64,000 bases of DNA from Candidatus Zixiibacteriota bacterium (lineage in GTDB: Bacteria; Zixibacteria; MSB-5A5; DG-27). The stretch is from assembly GCA_030605835.1 (NCBI GenBank), contig JAUWHO010000035.1, forward strand, positions 35,776 to 99,775, read 5' to 3'. Position 1 is the stretch's first letter; each line of letters opens with the position of its first letter. The notes beneath the pieces were generated by a model. That model searched no databases, was not told the DNA's origin, and saw only the letters and a list, made by a program, of their open reading frames with translations. Below, one piece after another: positions 10,163 to 19,824 of the stretch. The translations under genes were made by a program, and so were the position numbers.

Positions 10163-10166
10163 CACT

Positions 10167-11927
10167 TCAAAAGATGGGTGGTTCGGTATATTCGCCGAAG
10201 ACCGATTTTAGCACCTCCACGATCTCCCCCTCGGTGGCATAGGAGCGGACACACTCCAACAACACGGGCATGTGGTTATCATTTCCCCGGACGGCTTTCT
10301 TTAGCTCCGCCAGGGTGCGTTTGACCTTGTCGTTATCTCTACTCTGGCGAACCTCCTTGAGCGCTTGACACTGTTCCCTCTCGACCCGCTCGTCAATCTC
10401 TAAGAGGGGGATTTCTACTTCCTCCCCTTCGATCACGTAATCGTTGACCCCAACGATGATCCGCTCCTTCTTCTCGATCTCCCTCTGATAGCGATAAGCG
10501 CTATCGGCGATCTCCCGCTGGAAGTAACCCTGCTCGATGCATCTTAACACCCCACCTCGCTTATCAATCTCCTCGAAATATCTCTCGGCCTGCCCTTCCA
10601 ATCGGTCGGTGAGGGCCTCGAGGTAGTATGAACCTGCCAGAGGGTCGATGGTATTGGCGGCTCCGATCTCGTGGGAGATTATCTGCTGCGAGCGAAGGGC
10701 GATGGTCACCGCCTTCTCGGAGGGGAGGGCCAAGGTTTCGTCCATACTGTTGGTGTGCAGGGATTGAGTCCCTCCCAAAACCCCCGCCAACGCTTCGAAG
10801 GCGGTGCGAACGATGTTGTTTTCGGGCTGCTGGGCGGTCATGGAACAGCCGGCAGTCTGGGTGTGGAACCTCAAAAGCCAGGAGGCCTCCTTCTTGGCCT
10901 TATACCTCTCTCGCATGTGCCGGGCCCAGATTCTCCGAGCAGCTCGGTATTTGGCGATCTCCTCGAAAAGATCCAGGTGGGCGTTGAAGAAATACGACAA
11001 TCGAGGCGCAAAGGTATCGACCTCCATGCCGGCCTTAATCCCCGCCTCCACGTATGCGAAACCATCAGCCAAGGTGAAGGCCAGCTCCTGAGCCGCAGTC
11101 GCCCCCGCCTCCCGGATGTGATAACCGGAGATGGAGATGGTGTTCCACTTGGGGACATGCTCGGCACAGAACTCCATTATGTCGGTGATTAATCGCATCG
11201 ACGGTTCGGGGGGATAGATCCATTCCTTCTGGGCGATATACTCCTTGAGGATGTCGTTCTGCAGAGTTCCGGTCAGCTTCTCAGAGGCCACCCCCTGCTT
11301 TTCTCCCACCACCACATACATCGCCAAAAGGATCGAAGAGGGGGCATTAATGGTCATGGAGGTGGAGATTCTGTCGAGGCAAATGCCATCGAAGATGATC
11401 TCCATGTCTTTCAGGGAGTCGACCGCAACTCCGCATTTACCGACCTCCCCTTTACTCCGAGGGTGGTCGGAATCGTAACCCATCAGAGTGGGAAGGTCGA
11501 AGGCCACCGAGAGCCCGGTCTGGCCCTGCTTCAAGAGGTAGTGATATCTCTGGTTAGTCTCCCTGGGGGTGGCGAATCCCGAAAACTGGCGCATGGTCCA
11601 GATTCTCCCCCGATACATGGTCGGGTGAACTCCGCGAGTGTATGGATATTGCCCTGGAAAGCCGAGCTTATCTACATATTTAGGTCCGATCCTTTCCACC
11701 TCGCCGGAGTCCAGGGGAGTGTATAGAGGCTTGACCTCCTCCATGGAGACGGTGGTGAACTTGCGCTTTTCTTTCCTGCCGGTTCCCTTAAAAGACTCCT
11801 CCCACTGGCGATGAGCCTGCTTGAAGTTGCGGTTCTTCTCTTCTATGACCTCAGAGCCGAGGTCCCCCTCACCGGCGGCGAGAGGTTTACCTTCTACCGA
11901 CAAGCTCGATTTCGGGTTCCTTTTCAT
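10167..11927 (-). CDS. icmA: B12-dependent acyl-CoA mutase large subunit, isobutyryl-CoA mutase-like
   Basis: [53 protein letters not shown]; no B12 domain (split enzyme). Confidence 0.85.
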   Translation of the reverse strand: MKRNPKSSLSVEGKPLAAGEGDLGSEVIEEKNRNFKQAHRQWEESFKGTGRKEKRKFTTVSMEEVKPLYTPLDSGEVERIGPKYVDKLGFPGQYPYTRGVHPTMYRGRIWTMRQFSGFATPRETNQRYHYLLKQGQTGLSVAFDLPTLMGYDSDHPRSKGEVGKCGVAVDSLKDMEIIFDGICLDRISTSMTINAPSSILLAMYVVVGEKQGVASEKLTGTLQNDILKEYIAQKEWIYPPEPSMRLITDIMEFCAEHVPKWNTISISGYHIREAGATAAQELAFTLADGFAYVEAGIKAGMEVDTFAPRLSYFFNAHLDLFEEIAKYRAARRIWARHMRERYKAKKEASWLLRFHTQTAGCSMTAQQPENNIVRTAFEALAGVLGGTQSLHTNSMDETLALPSEKAVTIALRSQQIISHEIGAANTIDPLAGSYYLEALTDRLEGQAERYFEEIDKRGGVLRCIEQGYFQREIADSAYRYQREIEKKERIIVGVNDYVIEGEEVEIPLLEIDERVEREQCQALKEVRQSRDNDKVKRTLAELKKAVRGNDNHMPVLLECVRSYATEGEIVEVLKSVFGEYTEPPIF

Positions 11928-11965
11928 TGCAGAATACCTCTATCAAATACTAACGTCTGAAAACG

Positions 11966-12913
11966 TTAGTTGTCCCTCACCTCGATTCTCGAGAAAACCT
12001 CCCTGCCCGAAGAGTAGGGGTCCTTTTCCCCTCTATAAATCTCCTCGATCAAAGATTCCAGCCTCGGAGAGGGCAGCAATCGAGTGAGCATCAACTCCTG
12101 AAACTGCCGGCTGACGATTCTGGAGAGCTCGGTGCGAATTTGGTTCTTCCGATGCTTCTCGTAGACGGGATGGGAGCTGATGTAGCTTTGATGTTGGATG
12201 ATCTTCTCTAGAAGGGCCTCCGTGCCGACGTTGTTTACGGCCTCGGTCGCCACCACCGGTATTCCCCAGCCGTCCTGGTTCCCCCTGATCTCTAAAACCA
12301 TCTCCAACTCGGAAAGTAATCTCCCCGCTCCCAGGCGGTCGGATTTGTTCACCACGAAAATGTCCCCGATCTCCATCAATCCCGCCTTCATCATCTGAAC
12401 GGAATCCCCGAATTCGGGAACCAATACGACCACGGTGGTGTCGCAGAGGTCGGCGACGTCCAACTCCGCCTGCCCCACCCCCACGGTCTCAATCAGAATA
12501 TACTCCTTCCCGAAGGCGTCCAAAACTAAGGTGACCTCGCTGGTGGTTTGAGCCAAACCTCCGGTGGAACCCCGGGTGGCCATGCTTCTGATGAAGACGT
12601 TGGGAAGAAGCGATATGTCCTGCATCCTGATGCGGTCCCCCAAAAGGGCCCCGCCGGTGAAGGGGCTGGTGGGGTCCACCGCAATGATGCCCAGTTCCTT
12701 ATCCCCGGCGGCCAGCTTTGAGGATATCTTGTCGGCGATGGTGCTTTTGCCGGCTCCCGGAGGTCCCGTGATTCCGATTTTGTAAGCTTTGCCGGCGTGG
12801 GGATAGAGTCGGCCCAAAAGCTTCTGATAACCCGGCTCTTGATTCTCGATGTAGGAGATCACTTTCGATAGCGCCACCCCGTCCTTCTGAAAGAATCTGT
12901 CGAGCAAAGACAT
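11966..12913 (-). CDS. meaB: Mutase-associated GTPase chaperone MeaB
   Basis: GITGPPGAGKST, AVDPTSPFTGGALLGDRIRM, ETVGVGQ, NKSD. Confidence 0.95.
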   Translation of the reverse strand: MSLLDRFFQKDGVALSKVISYIENQEPGYQKLLGRLYPHAGKAYKIGITGPPGAGKSTIADKISSKLAAGDKELGIIAVDPTSPFTGGALLGDRIRMQDISLLPNVFIRSMATRGSTGGLAQTTSEVTLVLDAFGKEYILIETVGVGQAELDVADLCDTTVVVLVPEFGDSVQMMKAGLMEIGDIFVVNKSDRLGAGRLLSELEMVLEIRGNQDGWGIPVVATEAVNNVGTEALLEKIIQHQSYISSHPVYEKHRKNQIRTELSRIVSRQFQELMLTRLLPSPRLESLIEEIYRGEKDPYSSGREVFSRIEVRDN

Positions 12914-12977
12914 CTTTGCGCTGCATTATGGAGAAGCCCAAGAGAGGCTTAAACCTCCTCGTCTCCTCATTGGAAGT

Positions 12978-14765
12978 TCAGAGGATCTTTATATCCTTTG
13001 TCCTCAGTTGCAGTCTGAGTGTATCGTTCCAGTAGTTCCTTTCGACCACGTAAGCCATGTCGATATAGGCCGGCGCTCTCCCCCAGGCAGAGCCACCCTT
13101 GGCGGACATGTTCATCCAGCGGAGATAGTCGCCCAGGCCGAAGCCGATGCAATCGAAGATCTCCCCATCCTTTCTCACCTTGAACTTGAGGTGGTTGTTG
13201 CCGACGATATACGGTTGTCCCACCACCTCCAGTCCCCGGGACAGGAAAACCGGGCGCATGTTCTGAGGGCCAAAGGGGGCAAATCTCTCCAGGCTGTCGA
13301 CTACCTTTTCATCTATCTGAAATAGGTCCGCCTCGACGTCGATCTGAAGCTTGGGGAGGAGGTCCTTAGAGCTCAACGCCTTCTCGGAGACCCTCTTTAA
13401 CCTCTCCCGAAAGTCGTTAATCTTGTCGGCAGCGATAGACAGCCCGGCGGCGTATTTGTGGCCTCCGTAACGGATCAGATCCCCCTCGCACTCCTTCAGG
13501 GCATCGTATAGATGGAAGCCGGGGATGCTCCGGGCAGAGCCCTTGCCCTCCTTCCCCTCCACCGCGATCAACACCGTCGGGCGGTGATATCTCTCCACGA
13601 TGCGGGAGGCCACGATTCCGATCACTCCCTGATGCCAGCCGGAAGCCGCTAAGACGATGGCCTTATCACACTCTAAATCAACGCTCTCCTCGATCTGCTC
13701 TAAGGCCTCTTCTAAGGTCTGCGCATCGATGCTCTTGCGTCGGCGATTTTCCTGATTCAGGACTCTGGCGATGGCGGAGGCCTGCTCTTCGTTTTTGGTG
13801 GTCAGAAGTCTGATCGCCTTTTCGGCGTTTCCTAACCTCCCGACGGCGTTTATCCTCGGGGCTAACATGAATACGATCTGCCCGGTGCCGATGGGGCGTC
13901 CTAAAAGCCCGGAGATAAATATGAGGGCTTTGAGTCCCGGCTTGGAGGTTCTGGCCAGTTGATTCATCCCGAACTTGGTCACAACCCGATTCTCACCTCT
14001 GAGGGGAACGATGTCTGCCACCGTCCCCAGGGCCACCAAGTCCAAATGCTCCTCCAGCTCGGAGCCGTCCTGCCCCAGCCTCTGGTGAAGTGCCTGAGAG
14101 AGCTTGAAGGCGATCCCCACCCCGGCCAGCTCGCCTACCGGAACGTTGGAACTCCCCTCTGCGGAGACGGACCCTTCGGCTTTGGGATTGAGTATCGCTA
14201 AGGCCTCCGGAAGGGTGTCCGCAGGCTCGTGGTGGTCGGTAATGATGCAGTCGATCCCCAACTGCTTGGCGTAATCGACCTCCTCCCGGGCGGTGATTCC
14301 GCAATCCACGGAGATCAAAAGCCTCACCCCGCGGCTTTTCGCCTCCTCGATCCCCTCCCTGGAGAAACCGTAACCCTCCGTCAGGCGGTTGGGGAGATAG
14401 TAGCTGACCTCCGCTCCCAACTTATTTAAGACCAGAAAAACAAGAGAGGTGGCGGTGATGCCGTCGACATCGTAGTCGCCGTAGATCATGATCTTCTCTT
14501 GATTCTTCAGGGCTTCGACGATGCGATCGACCGCCTTGGACATGTCTCTGAAGATGTAAGGGTCGGAGAGATGGGACAGATCCGGATTGAGAAAAACATC
14601 CACTTCCTGAAGATCGACCAGACCCCGGTTGACCAGGATTTTTGCCACCACCTCCGGAATCTGGAAGTTCTCGGCTAAAAGCTGGACTGCATCAGGCTCC
14701 GGCTCCGGAGCCTGCACCCAAGAGAGCCCACCTTCTCTGAAGTAACCTTTGCCCGATTTCGCCAT
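12978..14765 (-). CDS. recJ: Single-stranded-DNA-specific exonuclease RecJ
   Basis: YGDYDVDG, SVDCG, TDHH, GTVADIVPL, PRINAVGRL, GSARS, GGHKYAAG. Confidence 0.96.
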   Translation of the reverse strand: MAKSGKGYFREGGLSWVQAPEPEPDAVQLLAENFQIPEVVAKILVNRGLVDLQEVDVFLNPDLSHLSDPYIFRDMSKAVDRIVEALKNQEKIMIYGDYDVDGITATSLVFLVLNKLGAEVSYYLPNRLTEGYGFSREGIEEAKSRGVRLLISVDCGITAREEVDYAKQLGIDCIITDHHEPADTLPEALAILNPKAEGSVSAEGSSNVPVGELAGVGIAFKLSQALHQRLGQDGSELEEHLDLVALGTVADIVPLRGENRVVTKFGMNQLARTSKPGLKALIFISGLLGRPIGTGQIVFMLAPRINAVGRLGNAEKAIRLLTTKNEEQASAIARVLNQENRRRKSIDAQTLEEALEQIEESVDLECDKAIVLAASGWHQGVIGIVASRIVERYHRPTVLIAVEGKEGKGSARSIPGFHLYDALKECEGDLIRYGGHKYAAGLSIAADKINDFRERLKRVSEKALSSKDLLPKLQIDVEADLFQIDEKVVDSLERFAPFGPQNMRPVFLSRGLEVVGQPYIVGNNHLKFKVRKDGEIFDCIGFGLGDYLRWMNMSAKGGSAWGRAPAYIDMAYVVERNYWNDTLRLQLRTKDIKIL

Positions 14766-14785
14766 AACAGAATAGAATCGGAAAC

Positions 14786-15146
14786 GCAGCAGACCGTAAG
14801 CCGGGTTCTGTGTCTGGCGACCATCTATCTGGGCCCGGAGTCACCTTCGGGCTCAAGCGGCCTACCCAGGAGTAAAAAGCGAGGCGGGCTACCTCTTCTC
14901 CTCTATTTGGCCTTGCTTTCGGGTGGGGTTTGCCGTGCCTCCGAAGTCACCTCCGGAGCGGTGGTCTCTTACACCACCTTTTCACCTTCGCTCGCGGGAG
15001 TATTGCAACCTCCACGGGCTGTATGTTTTCTGTGGCACTCTCCGTCGGATCACTCCGCCCTGAAGTTATCAGGCACCCTGCCCTGGAAAGCCCGGACTTT
15101 CCTCCCCCCGTCAGAGCTGACGGGAGGCGATCGCCTGGCCTGCTGC
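14786..15146 (-). ncRNA. rnpB: RNase P RNA (bacterial type A)
   Basis: Minus strand reads GCAGCAGGCC...GAGGAAAGTCCGGGCT...GTGCCACAGAAAAC...ACAGAACCCGGCTTAC...CTGCTGC; the ends pair to form P1. Confidence 0.96.
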
Positions 15147-15159
15147 ATCTCCTCTTTTA

Positions 15160-15188
15160 ATAATACCCAAAAGGAGCCCCACTGTCAA
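15160..15188 (-). promoter_or_regulatory. Sigma70 promoter of rnpB
   Basis: TTGACA-17 nt-TATTAT on minus strand just upstream of the RNA. Confidence 0.8.
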
Positions 15189-15239
15189 GGGATAGTTTTC
15201 GTAATTTGATGTCCTCCTGAAAGTTATCCCAACAGAAAC

Positions 15240-16703
15240 TTAACGGTTCACCCGGTAGTTGGGGGCCTCTTTGGTGATGGTGACACCGTGGGGATGGCTC
15301 TCTCGCCAGCCCGCACCGGTTATCCGCAGGAACTTGGCCTCCCTTCTCAGGTCGGCGAGGTTCTTGGCCCCACAGATCCCCATTCCGGATCTGAGCCCCC
15401 CGATCAATTGAAATATCGACTCCGAGAGGGGTCCTCTGTAGGGGACTCGCCCCTCCACCCCCTCCGGGACCAGTTTATCCGGTTCCTTGCTCTCTTGATG
15501 GTAGCGGTCCCCGGAGCCAACCTTCAGAGCCTCCACCGAGCCCATACCTCGGTACACCTTGAAGGTTCTTCCCTCGAAGAGAACCGTCTCCCCGGGAGAT
15601 TCCTGGGTGCCAGCGAAAAGTCCCCCGATCATAACCACCTCGGCACCGGCAGCCAAGGCCTTGGTGATATCTCCGGAATATCTGATGCCTCCGTCGGCGA
15701 TGAGAGGCCTGTCATGTTCAGCACATACGGAAGCACAGTCCATGATCGCGGTCAACTGCGGCACCCCCACCCCGGCGATGACCCGAGTGGTACAGATTGA
15801 GCCCGGTCCCACTCCCACCTTGACGCTGTCGGCTCCGGCCTCGATGAGAGCCCGGGCACCCCGGGGGGTAGCAACGTTGCCCGATATCAGCTCGGTGTTG
15901 GGGAATTTCTCCTTCAGCTTCGTGGTCGCTTGCAGCACCCCCTGGGAATGCCCGTGCGATACGTCCACCACCAGAAGGTCAACCCCGGCCTGGACCAGAG
16001 CAGAGGCCCGGTCGATGTAATCCTCACCCACCCCCACCGCGGCTCCCACCAACAGCCTCCCCCTACTATCCTTGGCGGCATCCGGATATTGAATCTTTTT
16101 CATTATGTCTTTGACGGTGATCATCCCTTTGAGATTCATCTCTACGTCCACCACCAGGAGCTTCTCGATCCGATGGCGGTGCAAAAGCCCCTTGGCCTCC
16201 TCCAGGGTTATGCCCTCGGAGGCGGTGATGAGCTCATCCTTGGTCATGATCTGGGCAATCCGCTGATCCAAGTTCTCCACGAAGCGAAGGTCACGGTTGG
16301 TGAGAATTCCAACCAACTTCCCCCGGGAGGTGATGGGGATGCCGGAGATCGAGAACCTTTTCATATACTCTAAAGCTTTGGAGATCTTCTGCTCCGGCGG
16401 CAGGGTGATGGGGTCCACGATCATCCCCGATTCCGAGCGCTTCACCTTCTCCACCTCCAGCGCTTGAGCATCCAGAGGCAGATTGCGATGGATCACTCCC
16501 AGGCCACCCGCCCGGGCAATCGCGATTGCCAGCTCCGACTCCGTGACGGTATCCATGGCGGCCGAGATGATGGGGAGGTTCAAGCCGATCTTGGGGGTCA
16601 GTCTGGTTTTGATCTCTGTCTCTCTTGGTAAAACCTCGGAATAGGAGGGAACCAGGAGGACATCGTCGAAGGTCAAGGCCTCCTTTTCAATTGTCGGGGA
16701 CAT
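15240..16703 (-). CDS. guaB: IMP dehydrogenase
   Basis: [22 protein letters not shown] pair, [25 protein letters not shown]. Confidence 0.97.
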   Translation of the reverse strand: MSPTIEKEALTFDDVLLVPSYSEVLPRETEIKTRLTPKIGLNLPIISAAMDTVTESELAIAIARAGGLGVIHRNLPLDAQALEVEKVKRSESGMIVDPITLPPEQKISKALEYMKRFSISGIPITSRGKLVGILTNRDLRFVENLDQRIAQIMTKDELITASEGITLEEAKGLLHRHRIEKLLVVDVEMNLKGMITVKDIMKKIQYPDAAKDSRGRLLVGAAVGVGEDYIDRASALVQAGVDLLVVDVSHGHSQGVLQATTKLKEKFPNTELISGNVATPRGARALIEAGADSVKVGVGPGSICTTRVIAGVGVPQLTAIMDCASVCAEHDRPLIADGGIRYSGDITKALAAGAEVVMIGGLFAGTQESPGETVLFEGRTFKVYRGMGSVEALKVGSGDRYHQESKEPDKLVPEGVEGRVPYRGPLSESIFQLIGGLRSGMGICGAKNLADLRREAKFLRITGAGWRESHPHGVTITKEAPNYRVNR

Positions 16704-17417
16704 CTATTGTTCCTCCTCTGACCAGACTAAGATCCGCCCGCAGTTATCGCAGGCATAGATACGGTCCCCCTTTTTCATCTCCTGAATTCTCTGGGGAGGC
16801 ACCTGTTTGAAGCAGCCTCCGCAGGAACGCTTCTTGATCATAACCACCGCAGCCCCCCTCTTTCCCCTCCGCACCCGCTCGTAGGTCGACATCACCCTTC
16901 TGGAGACGTGGGAGGCGACATTCTGCCTCTGGGTCTGTCGGGATTTGATCTTGTCCTCGATGGAGTCCAACTCCTTTCGCAGCCCCACCAGCTGGGAGAG
17001 GTGCGATTTCTCCATCCCCCCACACTTCTCCTGGACCTCCTTTAGTTGCTCGCCGGTGACCTCCTGCTGCTCCAAGACCTGAATCAACGCCTCTTCGTTC
17101 TCAGAGATCTTCTCCTTGACGTGGCTTATCTGCGCGGTTAGGGCGTCGTATTCCTTGTTGGTCTTTATCTCGCGCATCCTCTTTCTGCTTCTCTGGAGCT
17201 CCTCCTGATTGACGTCGATTTCCAGCTCCAAACGTTTCTTCTCCCTCTCCAGGGAAACCAGGCCCTGCTCGAGATCCTCCACCTCCTGCTTACATCCGGA
17301 GACTTCCCTCTCTAAGTTGTCGATCATATCCGGCAGATAGACCTTGGAACTTTCCAACTCCGCAAGCTGCTCATCGATCTCCTGAAGTTCTAAGAGGAGT
17401 TTCAAATCTCTCTGCAT
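16704..17417 (-). CDS. Coiled-coil protein with C4 zinc ribbon (COG1579/DUF164 type)
   Basis: LLELQEIDEQL coiled coil, KTNKEYDAL, CGGC...CDNCGRIL. Confidence 0.88.
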   Translation of the reverse strand: MQRDLKLLLELQEIDEQLAELESSKVYLPDMIDNLEREVSGCKQEVEDLEQGLVSLEREKKRLELEIDVNQEELQRSRKRMREIKTNKEYDALTAQISHVKEKISENEEALIQVLEQQEVTGEQLKEVQEKCGGMEKSHLSQLVGLRKELDSIEDKIKSRQTQRQNVASHVSRRVMSTYERVRRGKRGAAVVMIKKRSCGGCFKQVPPQRIQEMKKGDRIYACDNCGRILVWSEEEQ

Positions 17418-17466
17418 CTATCTCTCCAATCTACGTTGAGAAATCGTTGGCGGGGAAACTTCAGCG

Positions 17467-17625
17467 AAAATGAAAATGCACCCAGATGATGGGTGCGTCT
17501 TAAAGTCTTCGACGATACCGGCAGCAGACGGAATCGACAGTTGAACCTTCTCTGAGGCGGGCGATTTCGATTTTCGCCGGCAGAGACCGCCAACCTGCAA
17601 GCCAACCCTACCGGCAGAGATTCCT
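17467..17625 (-). ncRNA. Putative structured RNA (long irregular hairpin plus terminator-like hairpin), unassigned
   Basis: Minus-strand pairings UGCCGGUAG/CUGCCGGUA, GGUUGGCGGU/ACUGUCGAUU, CUCUG/CAGAG, GGCGA/UCGCC, then GCACCCA-UCAUC-UGGGUGC-AUUUUCAUUUU. Confidence 0.45.
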
Positions 17626-17672
17626 GGATTTTTCTTGCCTCCACAGAGGCGAAATAGTTGCGCAATTCTCAA

Positions 17673-17749
17673 TGGTGGGCAATACTGGATTTGAACCAGT
17701 GACCTCTCGGATGTGAACCGAACGCTCTAACCAGCTGAGCTAATTGCCC
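17673..17749 (-). tRNA. tRNA-Val(CAC)
   Basis: GGGCAATTAGCTCAGCTGGTTAGAGCG TTCGG-TT-CAC-AT-CCGAG ...GGTTCAAATCC...TTGCCCACCA cloverleaf with encoded CCA. Confidence 0.96.
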
Positions 17750-17775
17750 TACGGTCGACAAATCTAAAACCTCTG

Positions 17776-17849
17776 TGGGCCCAGTAGGACTCGAACCTAC
17801 GACCCACTGATTATGAGTCAGTTGCTCTAACCAACTGAGCTATGGGCCC
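17776..17849 (-). tRNA. tRNA with CAT anticodon, probably tRNA-Ile2 (lysidine)
   Basis: GGGCCCATAGCTCAGTTGGTTAGAGCA ACTGA-CT-CAT-AA-TCAGT...GGTTCGAGTCC...GGGCCCA; body resembles Ile2, lacks initiator features, no encoded CCA. Confidence 0.88.
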
Positions 17850-18015
17850 ATTTATTCTATCAATAAGCTTTACTCCCCCCTTAGTCAAGGATTTTGTCTG
17901 CCCTGGTCGAAATTTATCTTCCGCAGCAACGGTGAGTGGTTAAACTTAAGCAGCAAGTGGCGAGGAGAAGGCGGCTTGAAAGACGAAGACCTCTGTTAGT
18001 AGCTTCGGTCTCCTG

Positions 18016-19824
18016 TTAGCTTGGAATTTTTTCCCTGGCAAGCCTTCTTTCCGGTTTGGGGGTCGGTTCTGTCCGTCTCCCGCAGTTCTTGAGATAGACC
18101 GTGAAGATCGTCCCCTCTCTGCCGCTGTAAAGTGAGAGGTGCGCCTGCAAGCTCTCCGCCAGCCTCTGCACCACCGCCAACCCCAAACCGGTTCCCTCCG
18201 ATTTCGTCGTGTAGAAGGGCTGAAAGAGCTTATTCAAGATCTCCTCGGGAATGCCCTCCCCGCTGTCGATGACGTTAACCGCGCAGAGGTTGTTGGCCTC
18301 GATGAGATCCCTCTCCTGAGAGCTGTCCATCTTCTTTAGTCTGTCCTCAAAGGGGCTGGATGGTAGATATTTGAAGCCGGTGTCCACCATCCCCTCGGTG
18401 ATCTTGATCTCGCCCCCTTCGGGACCGAAGGCCTGCTGGGAGTTCAAAACCAAATTCAGAAAGAGCTGTTTCACCTGGTTCTCCTCGCCCAAGATCCTTA
18501 GCTCTGGATCTTCGAACTCGATTCTGCAGGTGATGTTGGGTCGATAGGAGGGGTGTTCTCGTGCGATGGCGAAGACTTCCTCCAGGAGGGGAAAGAGCTT
18601 TACCTCCTCCTGCGTGGCCACCTGAATTCCGGAGTAGCGCAGGATGCCCGAAAGCACCTGATTCAGGCGCGTGGACTCCTTGAGGACTAACTCCATCAAC
18701 CTCTGATTTTGTCCGCTGAGGTCCAGCTCCGAGCTTAGAACCTGCACCGATCCACTGATGGCCGCCAGAGGGTTTCTGATTTCGTGGGCGATGCTCGCCG
18801 AAAGCTGCCCCACCGCCGCCAGGCGGTCGCCAAGCCTCACCCTCTCCTCTAGCATCTTGACCCGAGTGAGATCGGTAAACTGAACCACCAGACCACCGAA
18901 GACTTTCCCCTCATCCAAAAAGGGAGTTATTGACAGCCCCAGGGGGATCTCCCTTTTACCTTCCCTGGCGATTCTGATCTCAGTTCGCTCCTGACATAGC
19001 TGCCTCTCCAAGGAATCAGCCACTAACTCCCCCAGACTCAGTAAGCCGCCGGTGAGAACTTCGCTGTAGTGGCGTTCCTTGGTCTGTTGCCTCCCCACCC
19101 CCAGGATTGCCTCCGCGGATCTGTTGAAATGAACGATCCTCCCCTCTGCATCGATGCTGACCAAGCCGGAGTGCATCTGTTCGATTATCTCCTCCGTCTC
19201 CAGCCTGGTGTGCCTGAGCTCGTCGGAGGTCAGCGATAGCTCCCGGGTTTTGCGATGCAACTTCTCCGCCATATATCCGACGTTGAAAGCTATTATGAGA
19301 AAGATGAAGATGTTCAGCGCCAGGGTGGAGAAATCGGCAGAGGAGCTGCCGTAGAATCGGGCCAGATTCGAAAGGGTGGGAAAAGCTATAGCCCTTTCGA
19401 AGGAGCTTCCCAGGACCACGAAGAGGTAAAAGACACTTCCGGTGGCTGCCGCCAGCATGGAGCCCTTCAATTGGCAAATTAGCCCCGCAGAAGCAATCGA
19501 GAGCACGAAGAATAAGGAGAAGGGACTGTCGATGCCTCCGGAGTGATTGACGATAGCGGCTTCTATTCCCAACTCCAGTATGACGTGGAAGAGCAAAAGC
19601 AGCTTGATCGACGAGCGCCGCAGAAGATTTCTCCCCAGAGAGACACCCAAGACGAAGACGGCGACGCTGATGCTGTAAGCCACTAAAAGATAGTGAACGA
19701 AGGTGTCGTGCCACAGAAATACCAGACAGGTTCCGGTCAAAAGAAGGAAGACGAAAAAGCGGGACAGGATCAGGGAATTGAGATCCTCGGATAAGGGATT
19801 CAGTGCCCGCAGTCTCTCTCTCAT
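18016..19824 (-). CDS. pilS: Membrane sensor histidine kinase with PAS domain, PilS-like
   Basis: N-terminal TM helices with GGIDSPFS; PAS; AHEIRNPLAAISGS H-box; N, G1 and G2 boxes; directly follows pilC. Confidence 0.8.
   Translation of the reverse strand: MRERLRALNPLSEDLNSLILSRFFVFLLLTGTCLVFLWHDTFVHYLLVAYSISVAVFVLGVSLGRNLLRRSSIKLLLLFHVILELGIEAAIVNHSGGIDSPFSLFFVLSIASAGLICQLKGSMLAAATGSVFYLFVVLGSSFERAIAFPTLSNLARFYGSSSADFSTLALNIFIFLIIAFNVGYMAEKLHRKTRELSLTSDELRHTRLETEEIIEQMHSGLVSIDAEGRIVHFNRSAEAILGVGRQQTKERHYSEVLTGGLLSLGELVADSLERQLCQERTEIRIAREGKREIPLGLSITPFLDEGKVFGGLVVQFTDLTRVKMLEERVRLGDRLAAVGQLSASIAHEIRNPLAAISGSVQVLSSELDLSGQNQRLMELVLKESTRLNQVLSGILRYSGIQVATQEEVKLFPLLEEVFAIAREHPSYRPNITCRIEFEDPELRILGEENQVKQLFLNLVLNSQQAFGPEGGEIKITEGMVDTGFKYLPSSPFEDRLKKMDSSQERDLIEANNLCAVNVIDSGEGIPEEILNKLFQPFYTTKSEGTGLGLAVVQRLAESLQAHLSLYSGREGTIFTVYLKNCGRRTEPTPKPERRLAREKIPS

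Noticed and set aside
14907-15209. Plus-strand ORFs 14907-15209 and 14930-15160
   Set aside because: Antisense to RNase P RNA.
17402-17672. ORFs 17402-17665 and 17418-17672
   Set aside because: No RBS or protein-like composition; the region is better explained as structured RNA plus terminator.
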